From: an uncultured Pseudomonadota bacterium
GTDB lineage: Bacteria; Myxococcota_A; Polyangia; Fen-1088
DNA: 64,000 nt
Assembly: GCA_963847705.1 (NCBI GenBank)
Contig: CAWKBC010000014.1
Coordinates: 96,001-160,000, forward strand
Reading direction: 5' to 3'
Shown: one piece after another, positions 19,041-28,772 of the stretch
Position numbering within the stretch: position 1 is the stretch's first letter
Layout: each line of letters begins with the position of its first letter
Translations under genes and position numbers: made by a program
The notes under the pieces: model-generated
Seen by the model: the letters and a program-made list of their open reading frames with translations, nothing else
Databases searched by the model: none
Told to the model about the DNA's origin: nothing

Positions 19041-20771
19041 ATGGGGCTGGAAGGGTATGATGCCAACGTGTCGGGCCGCGCACGTCTCTTCACCGCCTAC
19101 TTCGTGACCACCCAGGTCGCCCTCTCCTATCTCGGCCTGGCCGTCTCGCGCCGGTTCCGCCGGCCGGCCGCCATCGAGCGCCTGACCCTGGAGAAACACC
19201 GCAAGAACGCCCGCCGGATCGAGGGCGCGATCATCAAGCTGCGCGGCCTCTTCATCAAGGTGGGCCAGCTCATCAGCATCATGGCCAACGTGCTGCCCGA
19301 CGCCTTCCGGGAGGAGCTGCAACGGCTGCAGGATCAGGTCCCGCCGCGGCCGTACCAGGACATCGAGGCGCGGCTGCGGGAGGAGTTCGGGGGGCGGGCG
19401 CCCACCGAGGTGTTCGCCGAGTTCTCGCCGGTGCCGGTCGCCTCGGCCTCGATCGGACAGGTGCACCGCGCGCGGCTGCCGTCGGGCGAGGAGGTGGCGG
19501 TCAAGGTCCAGTACCCCGACATCGAGGAGATCGTCCGCATCGATCTGCGGGCGCTGCAGCGGATCTTCGGCGTGCTGCGCTGGTTCATGCCCGACTACGG
19601 CTTCGACACCATCTACCGCGAGATCCGCGAGATGGTGCTGGCCGAGCTCGACTACCGGCGCGAGGCCGCCGCCATCCAGAAGATCGCCGCCAACTTCGCC
19701 GCCCGCCAGCCGCCCTCGCCCCAGGTGCGGTTCCCCCGCGTGATGGCCGAGTTCTCGACCTCGCGGGTGCTCACCACCGAATGGATGGAGGGGATCAAGG
19801 TCGCCGACCTCGAACGGCTGGAGAGCCTCAAGATCGACCGCCGCGCCGCCGCGCGCGTCTGCGTCGAGGCCTACTGCCAGCAGATCTTCATCGACGGCCT
19901 CTATCACGCCGACCCGCACCCGGGGAACCTGCTGGTGCTGACGCCCGAGGCGCCCGGCGGGCCGCCCACCATCGTCTTCCTCGACTTCGGCGCGGTCGCC
20001 ACCGTGAGCGAGGCGATGCGGCGCGGGATGATGTCGTTCATCCAGGGCGCCATCACGCGTGACACCGTGAAGATCGTCACCGCCATGAAGGAGATGGGCC
20101 TCATCTCGCGCCGGGCCGACCCGGAGGCGTTCGACCGGATCGTGCAGTACTTCCACGACAAGATGCGCGTGCAGATGTCGGCGGACGGCTTCTCGCTGAA
20201 GGACCTGAAGTTCGAGCCCGAAAAGAGCCTGGGGAGCCTGCTCGACCTGCGCGACCTCAACGTCAGCCTGGCGGACCTGCGCGACGCCTTCCACATCCCG
20301 AAGGAGTGGATCCTGCTCGAGCGGACGCTGCTCCTGCTGCTCGGCGTCTGCACCACCCTCGATCCCGAGATGAACCCGGCCGCCATCATCGAGCCTTACC
20401 TGGAGCGTTTCCTGCTGGGCGAGAAGAAGCAGTGGTCGGAGATCGTGCTCGAGGCGTCGCGCGAGATGGCGCTCTCGGCCCTGTCGCTGCCGGCCGAGCT
20501 GCAGCGCTTCATGGACCGCGCGGCGCGCGGCGAGATCGAGGTCGGCATCCGCAACCTCGAGGAGAACGCGCGCCTCATCTATCACGGCGGGCAGCAGCTC
20601 CTCTGGGGGATGCTGGCGGCCACGGCGGCCGTGCTGGCCACGGTGTTCGACGGTCGAGGTCAGCACCGCGCGACCTGGCTCGCCGCCATCGCCGCCGGCC
20701 TGGCGGGGCTCTTCCTCATCGGCAACTGGTTCGCCGGCCACCCCAAGCGTCCGCGCGGCCGCCGCAACTAG
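19041..20771 (+). CDS. ABC1/UbiB (AarF) family atypical kinase
   Basis: IKVGQ, ASASIGQVH, VAVKVQYP, HADPHPGN, LDFG; C-terminal TMs. Confidence 0.92.
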   Translation: MGLEGYDANVSGRARLFTAYFVTTQVALSYLGLAVSRRFRRPAAIERLTLEKHRKNARRIEGAIIKLRGLFIKVGQLISIMANVLPDAFREELQRLQDQVPPRPYQDIEARLREEFGGRAPTEVFAEFSPVPVASASIGQVHRARLPSGEEVAVKVQYPDIEEIVRIDLRALQRIFGVLRWFMPDYGFDTIYREIREMVLAELDYRREAAAIQKIAANFAARQPPSPQVRFPRVMAEFSTSRVLTTEWMEGIKVADLERLESLKIDRRAAARVCVEAYCQQIFIDGLYHADPHPGNLLVLTPEAPGGPPTIVFLDFGAVATVSEAMRRGMMSFIQGAITRDTVKIVTAMKEMGLISRRADPEAFDRIVQYFHDKMRVQMSADGFSLKDLKFEPEKSLGSLLDLRDLNVSLADLRDAFHIPKEWILLERTLLLLLGVCTTLDPEMNPAAIIEPYLERFLLGEKKQWSEIVLEASREMALSALSLPAELQRFMDRAARGEIEVGIRNLEENARLIYHGGQQLLWGMLAATAAVLATVFDGRGQHRATWLAAIAAGLAGLFLIGNWFAGHPKRPRGRRN

Positions 20772-20774
20772 GAG

Positions 20775-20855
20775 GGGTTGCCGCACGCACGGTGAGCGAA
20801 GCGAACCACGGACATTGGCCCGACGAGTGCCGCCTGAGGGCGGCCTCGGGCGCCT
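20775..20855. repeat. Dispersed REP-like intergenic repeat, copy 1
   Basis: acggtgagcgaagcgaacca (20789-20808) is identical to 24300-24319, with similar flanks. Confidence 0.65.
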
Positions 20856-20925
20856 TCGGGCGCCACCTACATTGACCTTGTCCGGCCCGCGGAATATCTA
20901 GAGACCACACTTCGGTTCCGCCCCC

Positions 20926-22071
20926 ATGCGCCCCATCCTCGTCAACATCCCGTCCAAGCTGCTGTTCGTGGTGGCGTTGGCGGGCGCGCTGGTCATGTTC
21001 GTGCGCGAGCTCATCCAGCGGCGCACCCACAAGGCGGTCCCGTTCTCCTCGACGCCGCTCTATTTCGTGGCCGGCGCGATCGTCCTTTACGCCAAGGTCG
21101 GCGACTGGAGCTTCGGGCACCCCTGGGCGCCGGTGCCGATCTACTCCTACGGCGTGATGCTGGGGACGTCGCTGGTCGTCGGATGGTTCCTGGCCATGCG
21201 GTTCGCCGCCGAGGACCAGATCGATCCGCAAGAGGCCGGCACGATCTACATGTGGACCGCGGTCTGGGCGATCATCGGCTCCCGCGTCCTCTGGTTCATC
21301 AACGTCCTCACTGACCCGACGACGCAATCGAGCGTCTCGATGCTGGATCTGTTCAAGATCTGGCAGGGGGGGCTCGTCGCCTACGGCGGCATGATCGGCG
21401 GATTTCTGGCCAGCTGGTACGGCTGCCACAAGCGCAAGATCCCGCTGCTCAAGTGGGCGGACGTCTCGGCCCCTTCCGTCGTCCTCGGGACAGGCATCAC
21501 CCGCATCGGCTGCTTCCTGTTCGGGTGTGACTACGGCAAGGTGACGACGCTTCCCTGGGCGGTTCGCTTTCCCGGACCGAATCCGCTGGCGCCGCACGGA
21601 AGCCCGGCCTGGCAACACCACCTGGAGATCGACGCCCTGGCGAGGACGGCCACGCAGTCGCTCCCGGTGCATCCGACGCAGCTCTACGAGTCGCTGTCGA
21701 GCCTCCTTCTCTTTGGCCTGCTGATGTACATCCGGCGGCATCGAAAGTTCTCCGGGCAGGTTTTCCTCGGCTGGGTCCTCGGCTACGGGATCCTGCGCCC
21801 CCTCATCGAGGTGTTCCGCGACGACCAGGACCGCGGCATCTATCCGCTGCCGTTCACCAGCCTGTCGTTCTCGACCTCGCAGTACATCGGGGCGGTCTCG
21901 GTCATCCTGGGGCTCGGCCTCCTCGTCGCGCTCGTGCGCCGCTACCGGCGCGATCCGGACAGCCTGCGGCTCTGGCTCACGCCGGCGCTCGCCCCCGCAA
22001 GCGGCGGAGGCGGGGGACCGGGCGCCAGCGCGAGCGATCGCCCCGCCAACAAGCGACGCAAGCGGCGTTGA
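20926..22071 (+). CDS. lgt: Prolipoprotein diacylglyceryl transferase
   Basis: IWQGGLVAYGG, RIGCFLFGCDYG, HPTQLYES, RPLIEVFR. Confidence 0.9.
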   Translation: MRPILVNIPSKLLFVVALAGALVMFVRELIQRRTHKAVPFSSTPLYFVAGAIVLYAKVGDWSFGHPWAPVPIYSYGVMLGTSLVVGWFLAMRFAAEDQIDPQEAGTIYMWTAVWAIIGSRVLWFINVLTDPTTQSSVSMLDLFKIWQGGLVAYGGMIGGFLASWYGCHKRKIPLLKWADVSAPSVVLGTGITRIGCFLFGCDYGKVTTLPWAVRFPGPNPLAPHGSPAWQHHLEIDALARTATQSLPVHPTQLYESLSSLLLFGLLMYIRRHRKFSGQVFLGWVLGYGILRPLIEVFRDDQDRGIYPLPFTSLSFSTSQYIGAVSVILGLGLLVALVRRYRRDPDSLRLWLTPALAPASGGGGGPGASASDRPANKRRKRR

Positions 22072-23603
22072 GCGTGCGGGGGCGGACCGCAGCGATCGCC
22101 CTCCTTCTGACCGGGTTTGGCACGTCGGCGGCACGCGCAGGGGAGGCGCCCGCGCCCGTCAGCCCGACCGCGCCCCTCAACCCGCCCGCGCCCCTCAACC
22201 CGACCGCGCCCGTCAGCCCGACCGCGCCCGTCAGCCCGACCGCGCCCCTCAACCCGCCCGACACGGCGACGGCGCAGGCGCCGGCGCCCGCCGAGGCGCA
22301 GGCCGCGGCGGCCCAACGCGCGGCCCAGCGGGCGGAGGCGCAGGTGATCGAGCTCCGCCGCCAGCTCGAAGCGCTCGAGCGCGAGCGCGCCGGCTACGAC
22401 GACGTGCGCCGCCGCCTCGACCAGGTCGATGCGCGCCAGCGTGAGGCCGACCGCCAGGCCCCCGCCGAGGCCAACCCGCCCGAGACCTCGGTGGTGCGGT
22501 TCCGCGACGACGGCATCGACATCCGCTCGCCCGACAACGGTTTCTATCTGCACCCGATGGTGCGCGTGCAGGCGATCTACACCGGCCTCGTCGCCAGCCA
22601 GGGGGCGCAGGATCCGGCTCCCCCCGACGTCTCGGGATTCTCCCTCGGGCGCGCCGAGATGATCCTGGAGGGGCATGTGGGCGGGCCCTTCTTCCAGTAC
22701 CGCCTGCAGGTCGACGCCGCCCAGTCGCCGTCGCTGAAGGACGCCTACGTCGCCTGGCACCCGATCCGGATGCTGAGCATCTGGGCCGGTCAGTTCAAGG
22801 TCCCCTATGGTCTGCAGCGGCAGTACTGGAAAGCCGAGCTGGAGTTCGTCGACATCTCCGCGCCGATGGCGGCGTTCTCGCTGGAGCGTGATCTCGGCGT
22901 GATGCTCGTCGCGCGGCTGATCCCCGGCCGCCTGACGGTGCAGGCGGGCCTGCTCAACGGCTCGGGCGCCAACGTCCCCAACGACAACATCGATCTGGCC
23001 TATGCCCTGCGGGTGGTGGCCACTCCGTTCGGACCGATGCCGCAGTCCGAAGGGGACATCGAAGGGCACGTGCGCCCGCTGCTCTCCGTCGGCGCAGCCG
23101 GTTACTTCAACCTGGCGCCGACGGATGTCGTCGCCCGCTGTGACATCCCGAACGCCTGCCCCAGCATTCCGATGCCGGTGGCCGACAGCGACGGCGACGG
23201 CCGGGTCGACAACGTCGCGGTCTGGCAGGGAGGGTTCGAGCTGCGCGCGCTCTGGCGAGGCGCGGCGCTCCAGGGCGAGCTGTTCGGCCGGCTCGAGGAT
23301 CCGGGCGCGGCAGGCCCTTCGCGGACCTACTGGGGCGCCTACGTGCAGGGGAGCTACTTCCTCTTGCCCCACAGGCTGCAGGTGGCGGCGCGCGCGGGGC
23401 ACACCGACCTGCCGCTCTACGGCGCGACCGCCGAACAGCGCCTGCTGGCCGGCACCTCCCAGAACGAGCAGAGCGCCGTGGTGTCGAGCTACTTGCGCGG
23501 ACACCGGGTCAAGGCGCAGGTTCAGTACAGCCACCTGACCAGCGACGGGCAGACTGCCCCCACCGCAAACCGCATCCAGGCGGCGGTACAGGTCGGGTTC
23601 TAG
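22068..23603 (+). CDS. Outer-membrane porin (OprO/OprP-like)
   Basis: Signal peptide, DAYV...GQFKVPYG, RDLGV, C-terminal QVGF. Confidence 0.78.
   Translation: MSVRGRTAAIALLLTGFGTSAARAGEAPAPVSPTAPLNPPAPLNPTAPVSPTAPVSPTAPLNPPDTATAQAPAPAEAQAAAAQRAAQRAEAQVIELRRQLEALERERAGYDDVRRRLDQVDARQREADRQAPAEANPPETSVVRFRDDGIDIRSPDNGFYLHPMVRVQAIYTGLVASQGAQDPAPPDVSGFSLGRAEMILEGHVGGPFFQYRLQVDAAQSPSLKDAYVAWHPIRMLSIWAGQFKVPYGLQRQYWKAELEFVDISAPMAAFSLERDLGVMLVARLIPGRLTVQAGLLNGSGANVPNDNIDLAYALRVVATPFGPMPQSEGDIEGHVRPLLSVGAAGYFNLAPTDVVARCDIPNACPSIPMPVADSDGDGRVDNVAVWQGGFELRALWRGAALQGELFGRLEDPGAAGPSRTYWGAYVQGSYFLLPHRLQVAARAGHTDLPLYGATAEQRLLAGTSQNEQSAVVSSYLRGHRVKAQVQYSHLTSDGQTAPTANRIQAAVQVGF
22152..22259 (+). repeat. Six in-frame 18-bp tandem repeats (APVSPT/APLNPP/APLNPT)
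   Basis: Alternating units gcgcccgtcagcccgacc and gcgcccctcaacccgccc. Confidence 0.9.
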
Positions 23604-23641
23604 TGGTATAAGGCGATGGAATTTTTGGGACAGGAGACAGA

Positions 23642-24277
23642 ATGAGCCTCAAGCGGAGCCACACGAGCAGCAAGAGCTCTTTCGGCGGTGACGCCGGGGC
23701 CAAGGTCGATCGCCAGGAGCTCTTCGACGAGCTCAAACGGATGGCCGCATCCAACGAGGCGTTCTCGCCCGTCGACGTCTCGCTGGCGATCGGCGCCGGC
23801 GAGCCGCAGGTCTCGAAGGCGCTGCTCGGCCTCGCCGCCGAGGGCTACCTAGAGAAGGTCGACACCGGCAAGTACCGGGCGGCAGGAATGGCGGATCTCG
23901 GACAGGCCGAGTTCTTGAAGGCGTTCGCGCGGGCGTCGCGCGTCGATTCGACCCGCCAGCGTGACCTCTCGGACATCACCCGCCTCAAGCAGAACAACGA
24001 CATCATGAGGCACCGGCTGCTGACCGCGATCGCCGAGCGCGATCACTATCTGGCGGCGCTCAAGAAGCACGGCATCGATCCCGGCCCGGCGCCCGTTCCA
24101 GCGGCGCCCGCAGTGGAAACCGCGCCCGCCGCGAACCCGCTCGCCAGCGCGCCGTCGGGCAGCGCCCCCGGTCCCGAGGCGATCGCCGTCCCCTCGCCTG
24201 CCTCCGAGGAGGCCCCGTCGGGGCCGGGCGACGCCGGCGGCCATGACCAGGATCGCGACACCGACGGGCAGTCCTAG
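23642..24277 (+). CDS. Hypothetical protein, possible winged-helix plus coiled coil
   Basis: AGGAG RBS; SPVDVSLAIG...VSKALLGLAAEGYLEKVDTGKYR. Confidence 0.6.
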   Translation: MSLKRSHTSSKSSFGGDAGAKVDRQELFDELKRMAASNEAFSPVDVSLAIGAGEPQVSKALLGLAAEGYLEKVDTGKYRAAGMADLGQAEFLKAFARASRVDSTRQRDLSDITRLKQNNDIMRHRLLTAIAERDHYLAALKKHGIDPGPAPVPAAPAVETAPAANPLASAPSGSAPGPEAIAVPSPASEEAPSGPGDAGGHDQDRDTDGQS

Positions 24278-24282
24278 CCGGG

Positions 24283-24356
24283 CGTTGCTCCGCAAGGCAA
24301 CGGTGAGCGAAGCGAACCATGCCCGACCACCTGCCGCCGAAGCGGCCTAGCCGCCC
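24283..24356. repeat. Dispersed REP-like intergenic repeat, copy 2
   Basis: Shares a 20-bp identical core and the downstream gcccgac..tgccgcc..gcggcct with copy 1. Confidence 0.65.
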
Positions 24357-24368
24357 GCGCCTGGCGCC

Positions 24369-24860
24369 ATGCGTGTGACGCTGATCCGGCACGCGGAGGC
24401 CGGCGACGAAGCGCCCCGAGACGAGGTCCGAGCCCTCACCGCGCGCGGCCGCGAAGACGCCCGCCGGCTGGGACAGGCGCTGGCCCGACGCGGTGTCGAA
24501 TTCACCCTGATGGTGACGAGCCCGCTCGTGCGTGCGGTCCAGACGGCCGAGATCGTCGCGGCCCAGATCGGCTACCGCGACCGGATCGCGGTGACCGATC
24601 TGCTGGTCCCCGAGGCCACGGCGTCGCGCGCGGTCGGCTTTCTCCGCTCGACCGGGCGTCAGCTGGAGGGGACGCCCTCGATCGCGCTCGTGGCGCATGA
24701 GCCGATTCTTTCCGTCCTGGCGGCTGCGTTGATCGGCAAGGCGCGCCACCCCCCGCTGCGCAAGACCGAAGCCTTGCGCATCCGGCTCGGCAGCACCCCC
24801 GACGGAAAAGGGGTCCTGCGCTGGCGGGTCGACGCCCGGGGCCGCCGGGAGCAACTATGA
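24369..24860 (+). CDS. Phosphohistidine phosphatase, SixA family
   Basis: LIRHAEA, RALTARG, SPLVRAVQTA, VAHEP. Confidence 0.85.
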   Translation: MRVTLIRHAEAGDEAPRDEVRALTARGREDARRLGQALARRGVEFTLMVTSPLVRAVQTAEIVAAQIGYRDRIAVTDLLVPEATASRAVGFLRSTGRQLEGTPSIALVAHEPILSVLAAALIGKARHPPLRKTEALRIRLGSTPDGKGVLRWRVDARGRREQL

Positions 24861-24894
24861 GAAATGGCCGGCTTGGCCTAAAATAAAGCCGCCG

Positions 24895-25899
24895 ATGGCT
24901 GGCAAGAAAAGCGCAACGTCGAATGGCCCAGCTGGCTCGACGTTCAAGGACACGACGGAGACCAAACCCGCGGTCCCGCCCGAGTCCGATCGCGAGCAGA
25001 AGCGCAACCTGGCCTATCTGGTCGTCCTGGCCGGCGTCAGCGCGGGCGAGATGTTCAAGCTGCAAGAGGACAGGACCGTGGTCGGGCGCGGTCCGACGGT
25101 CGGCGTCCGGTTGAACGACGAAGGGGTCTCACGCGAGCACTGCCAGTTCATGCGCGAGGGGGAGAAGATCATCGTGGTCGACCTCGGCTCGACCAACGGC
25201 ACCTTCGTCAACGGGATCAAGGTCGATCGCAAGGAGCTGTCCGATGGCGACAAGATCATGGTCGGCTCGACGACCATCCTGAAGTTCACCTACCACGACT
25301 ACCTGGACGAGGTGTTCCAGCGCCAGATGTACGAATCGGCGCTGCGCGACGGCCTCACCAAGGTCTTCAACAAGAAGTACTTCACCGACTACCTGGAGAA
25401 GGAGTTTGCCTTCGCCGCCCGCCACAAGGGGCCGCTGGCGCTGATCTTCCTCGACATCGATCACTTCAAGAAGATCAACGACACGCACGGCCACCCGGCA
25501 GGCGACTTCGTGCTGGCCGAGCTGTCCCAGATGATGGTGGAGCTCCTGCGAACCGAGGACGTCCTGGCCCGCTTCGGCGGCGAGGAGTTCACCATCCTCT
25601 GCCGCGGCTCCGACCAGAACGGCGCCAAGATCGTCGCCGAGCGCCTGCGCCGCGCCGTGGAGGAGCGCAAGTTCACCTTCGGCGGCAAGGAGATCCCGGT
25701 GACCATCAGCCTCGGCATCGCCGCCGTGCCCGAGAGCAACGTCAACGATCACGCGGCTTTTCTGGCGGCCGCCGACAAGGCGCTCTACGAGGCGAAGCGC
25801 AGCGGGCGCAACCGCGTCTGCCTGCACGGCACGGAGCAGACGCCCAAGCCCGCCGAGCCGCGCAAGGGCCGCGACCGAAGCGGGCCGACCGGCGGGTAG
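24895..25899 (+). CDS. FHA-GGDEF diguanylate cyclase
   Basis: GR...VSREH...DLGSTNGTFVNG FHA domain; DIDHFKKIND, RFGGEEF. Confidence 0.92.
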   Translation: MAGKKSATSNGPAGSTFKDTTETKPAVPPESDREQKRNLAYLVVLAGVSAGEMFKLQEDRTVVGRGPTVGVRLNDEGVSREHCQFMREGEKIIVVDLGSTNGTFVNGIKVDRKELSDGDKIMVGSTTILKFTYHDYLDEVFQRQMYESALRDGLTKVFNKKYFTDYLEKEFAFAARHKGPLALIFLDIDHFKKINDTHGHPAGDFVLAELSQMMVELLRTEDVLARFGGEEFTILCRGSDQNGAKIVAERLRRAVEERKFTFGGKEIPVTISLGIAAVPESNVNDHAAFLAAADKALYEAKRSGRNRVCLHGTEQTPKPAEPRKGRDRSGPTGG

Positions 25900-25940
25900 C
25901 GCTTCCGCGTGGCAGAGCCACGCTGCGCTCTCCGGGCTAG

Positions 25941-27170
25941 CTAGCGCAACCGTGCGACGGCGAGGACGGCGGCGAGCGCCAGCCCGACCGCGCCCACCAG
26001 ATAGGGGGCGCGGGGATCGATGCCCGCGTAGAGCGCGCCGCCCACGATCGGCCCGAGCGCGCGTGACAGCGCCGAGGCCGACTGCAGCGTCCCCAGCGTC
26101 ACCCCTTGCGTGGTCGCGCTGGCGCGCCGTGAGGCAAACGCGGGCAGCGTCGGGGAGCAGAGCCCGCTGCCGAGCGCGATCAGGCCGGAGGCCACCAGCA
26201 GCGCCACCTTGCCTGACGGACCGAACAGCGGCGACAGGCCAAGCAGCGCGAAGGCCACCGCCTGGATGCCGAGGCCGCCCTGAACCAGCCGCGCCTCCCC
26301 GAACCTCGGGACCATGCGCGACACCAGGCCCCCCTGCACCAGCGCGCTGACGATCCCCACCAGGCCGAACACGCGCCCGGTCCCGGCGTCCGACATGCCG
26401 AACCCGTCGGCGGTGAAGAGGCGGAAGGTCTGCTCCATGCCGGAGAACCAGAGAAAGAGCATGAAGTTGATCGCCACCGCCGCGCCGATGCCGGGGACGG
26501 AGATCGCCGCGCGGAACCCGGCCAGATCGATCGGCGAGGCGCGCCGCACCGACAGCCCGCGCCGCTCGGGCGGCAGCGATTCGGGCAAGGTCCGGAACGC
26601 CATCAACAAGTTGATCGTGGAGAGCCCCGCCGCCACCAGCGGCGGCAGCATCCCCTCGCGCCCAAAAGGATGGAAGCGCGACAGCTCGCCGCCGATGAAG
26701 GGGCCGAAGATGAAGCCGAGGCCGAAGGAGATCCCGACGATCGCCATCCCGCGCGCGCGGCGCTCGGGCGTCGTCACGTCGGCGATGTAGGCCTGGGCGA
26801 CGGCGATGTTGGCGGTGGCGATGCCACTCCAGATGCGGGCGACGAAGAGCCAGATCAAGGTCGGCGCGAAGCCGAGCATCGCCATGCCGATCGCCGAGGC
26901 GGCGATGCTCCAGAGCAGCACCGGGCGCCGCCCGACGCGATCCGAGAGCCGTCCCCAGATCGGGATGAAGAGGAACTGCATGATGGAGAAGACCGCGCCC
27001 GGCATGGTGGCCATGAAGTCGCCGGCCCCCAGACGCCGCGCGATGCCGGGGAGAAACGGGATCACCAGCCCGAAGCCGAGCAGGTCGAGGAAGATCGTGA
27101 GGAACAGGGTGCCGAGCGAAGCGCTGCGGAGACCTTTTGCCTCGACGCCGGTGGGTGCGGCGGCCGTCAT
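25941..27170 (-). CDS. MFS transporter (TetA/DHA1-like)
   Basis: DLLGFGLVIP, GRLSDRVGRRP, AQAYIAD, GPFIGG. Confidence 0.9.
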   Translation of the reverse strand: MTAAAPTGVEAKGLRSASLGTLFLTIFLDLLGFGLVIPFLPGIARRLGAGDFMATMPGAVFSIMQFLFIPIWGRLSDRVGRRPVLLWSIAASAIGMAMLGFAPTLIWLFVARIWSGIATANIAVAQAYIADVTTPERRARGMAIVGISFGLGFIFGPFIGGELSRFHPFGREGMLPPLVAAGLSTINLLMAFRTLPESLPPERRGLSVRRASPIDLAGFRAAISVPGIGAAVAINFMLFLWFSGMEQTFRLFTADGFGMSDAGTGRVFGLVGIVSALVQGGLVSRMVPRFGEARLVQGGLGIQAVAFALLGLSPLFGPSGKVALLVASGLIALGSGLCSPTLPAFASRRASATTQGVTLGTLQSASALSRALGPIVGGALYAGIDPRAPYLVGAVGLALAAVLAVARLR

Positions 27171-28753
27171 CGGCTCAGGCCCGAGCAGGGGACGGCGCGG
27201 CTCATGGCCACGCGCGCGCGCGACCACCAGGCGCCGGTGGTGCGCCGTTCGGCGCGGCTGGCGAAGACGTACCGCCAGTAGACGATGCGCACGGCGGCGG
27301 GGTGAGGCGGGAGCGGTTCGCGAAAGAGCGGCTGCACGGCGGCCGGATCCTCGCACATTCTCTCGACGAGCGTGGAGACGTAGGTCGGCTCACGCCTGCG
27401 AAAGGCCAGACCGTAGAACCAGAGCTGGAAGTCGACCCGGGGCTGGTGCGGCGCCACGAAGTCGGGCGCACGTCGCGGATCGCCCGGCTTGTGCCACAGA
27501 TCGCGCGGCGTCCAGCGGCCGTCGTCGGCCGAATCGGAACGCCCGGCATCGTCGTCGGCCGAGCCGAGCGGCTCGCCCAGGGCGAGCGTCTGCAGCTCGG
27601 GCTCGATCCGCTCGCGCGTGATCGAGGCGAAGAGGTGGTAGCTGTTCACCAGCCGAAACCGCTGATTGAGCTCGAAGAGCGGCGCCACGAGCGTCAGCGC
27701 GCGGCCCGGTTCGGTGAACGCATAGAGCGCGTCGGTGAGCGACACGAGCACGAACAGCGCCGCGCCGGCGCGCCCGAGCCAGCGCACGGTCGACCCGGTC
27801 GCCGCGTCCGGCTTGTCCTCCGTCGACCGCCCAGGAGGCGCCGCGAAAGAGAGCAGCCGCGTGAGGGCGCCGCGAATCCTGGCCGGCAGATACCCCGCCG
27901 CGCGCGCCCCGGCCCGATCGACGTCGGGGTCATCGAGCAGGAAGACGTTCAGCGCCGCGGCGAGGTAGCAAAAGAAGCCGTAGTTGGCGGTGGCGGCGTT
28001 GCAGATCTGGAAGAAGGAGAAGACGAACGCGGCCAGGAGACGCGCCCGCCGCGGGCCGAAGATCAGAAACGGAACGACGAGCTCGAGCACCAGCGTGGCG
28101 CGGCTCTCGAGGTGGTGCCACCAGATCGGCAGGTGGTGCGCGGTGAACGCCAGCCAGGTCGGCAGCGGCGCGGTTTCGTAGTAGTAGGTCATCGCGCTGC
28201 CGTCCTGCCAGTCGCCGAGCTCCGACTGCCACTTGGCGACGCCCGACTCGAAGTAGAGCTTGAACAGGAGCAGACGAAACAGGAAGTGAACGAGCGGCGC
28301 CGGCCGGTCCGTCGGCAGGAAGGCGGCCAGCAGCCCGCACTCGAGCAGCAGGTTGTCCCACTGGAACGACAAGAAGTCGCGCCCCACCGTGGCGTACGAG
28401 AGATAGAGCGCGGTCGACAGGGTGAAACAGAGCCGAGCACGCCACCCGCACAGCGCCGCCACCGCCAGCGCCGCGCCGATCACCGTCCCGCCGACGAGCA
28501 CCGCGTCCGAATGGAACCGCCAGAACAGCGTCGGCAGATCGGACAGGCCGACCCCTCCGTCGGCGCGCACGGCGTCCATCAGCTCGCCGACCGGCAGGAG
28601 GCCGCGGCTGCCGAGAAGGACGCGCACCTGGCTGCCGAGCGACGCCCAGGCCGCGAGGGCGATGAGCGCCAGGAGCCGGCTGGCGAGCGCCCCGACCGAG
28701 GCCCCCGATCCGAAGCTGCCGAAGCCCCACGGCGGCCAGCGAAGACCTTTCAT
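27167..28753 (-). CDS. Lipase maturation factor (LMF) family protein
   Basis: SFQWDNLLLE, YYETAPLP, NYGFF, APHQPRVDFQLWF. Confidence 0.88.
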   Translation of the reverse strand: MKGLRWPPWGFGSFGSGASVGALASRLLALIALAAWASLGSQVRVLLGSRGLLPVGELMDAVRADGGVGLSDLPTLFWRFHSDAVLVGGTVIGAALAVAALCGWRARLCFTLSTALYLSYATVGRDFLSFQWDNLLLECGLLAAFLPTDRPAPLVHFLFRLLLFKLYFESGVAKWQSELGDWQDGSAMTYYYETAPLPTWLAFTAHHLPIWWHHLESRATLVLELVVPFLIFGPRRARLLAAFVFSFFQICNAATANYGFFCYLAAALNVFLLDDPDVDRAGARAAGYLPARIRGALTRLLSFAAPPGRSTEDKPDAATGSTVRWLGRAGAALFVLVSLTDALYAFTEPGRALTLVAPLFELNQRFRLVNSYHLFASITRERIEPELQTLALGEPLGSADDDAGRSDSADDGRWTPRDLWHKPGDPRRAPDFVAPHQPRVDFQLWFYGLAFRRREPTYVSTLVERMCEDPAAVQPLFREPLPPHPAAVRIVYWRYVFASRAERRTTGAWWSRARVAMSRAVPCSGLSR

Positions 28754-28772
28754 CGCCGGAGCAGGTCCCTGG

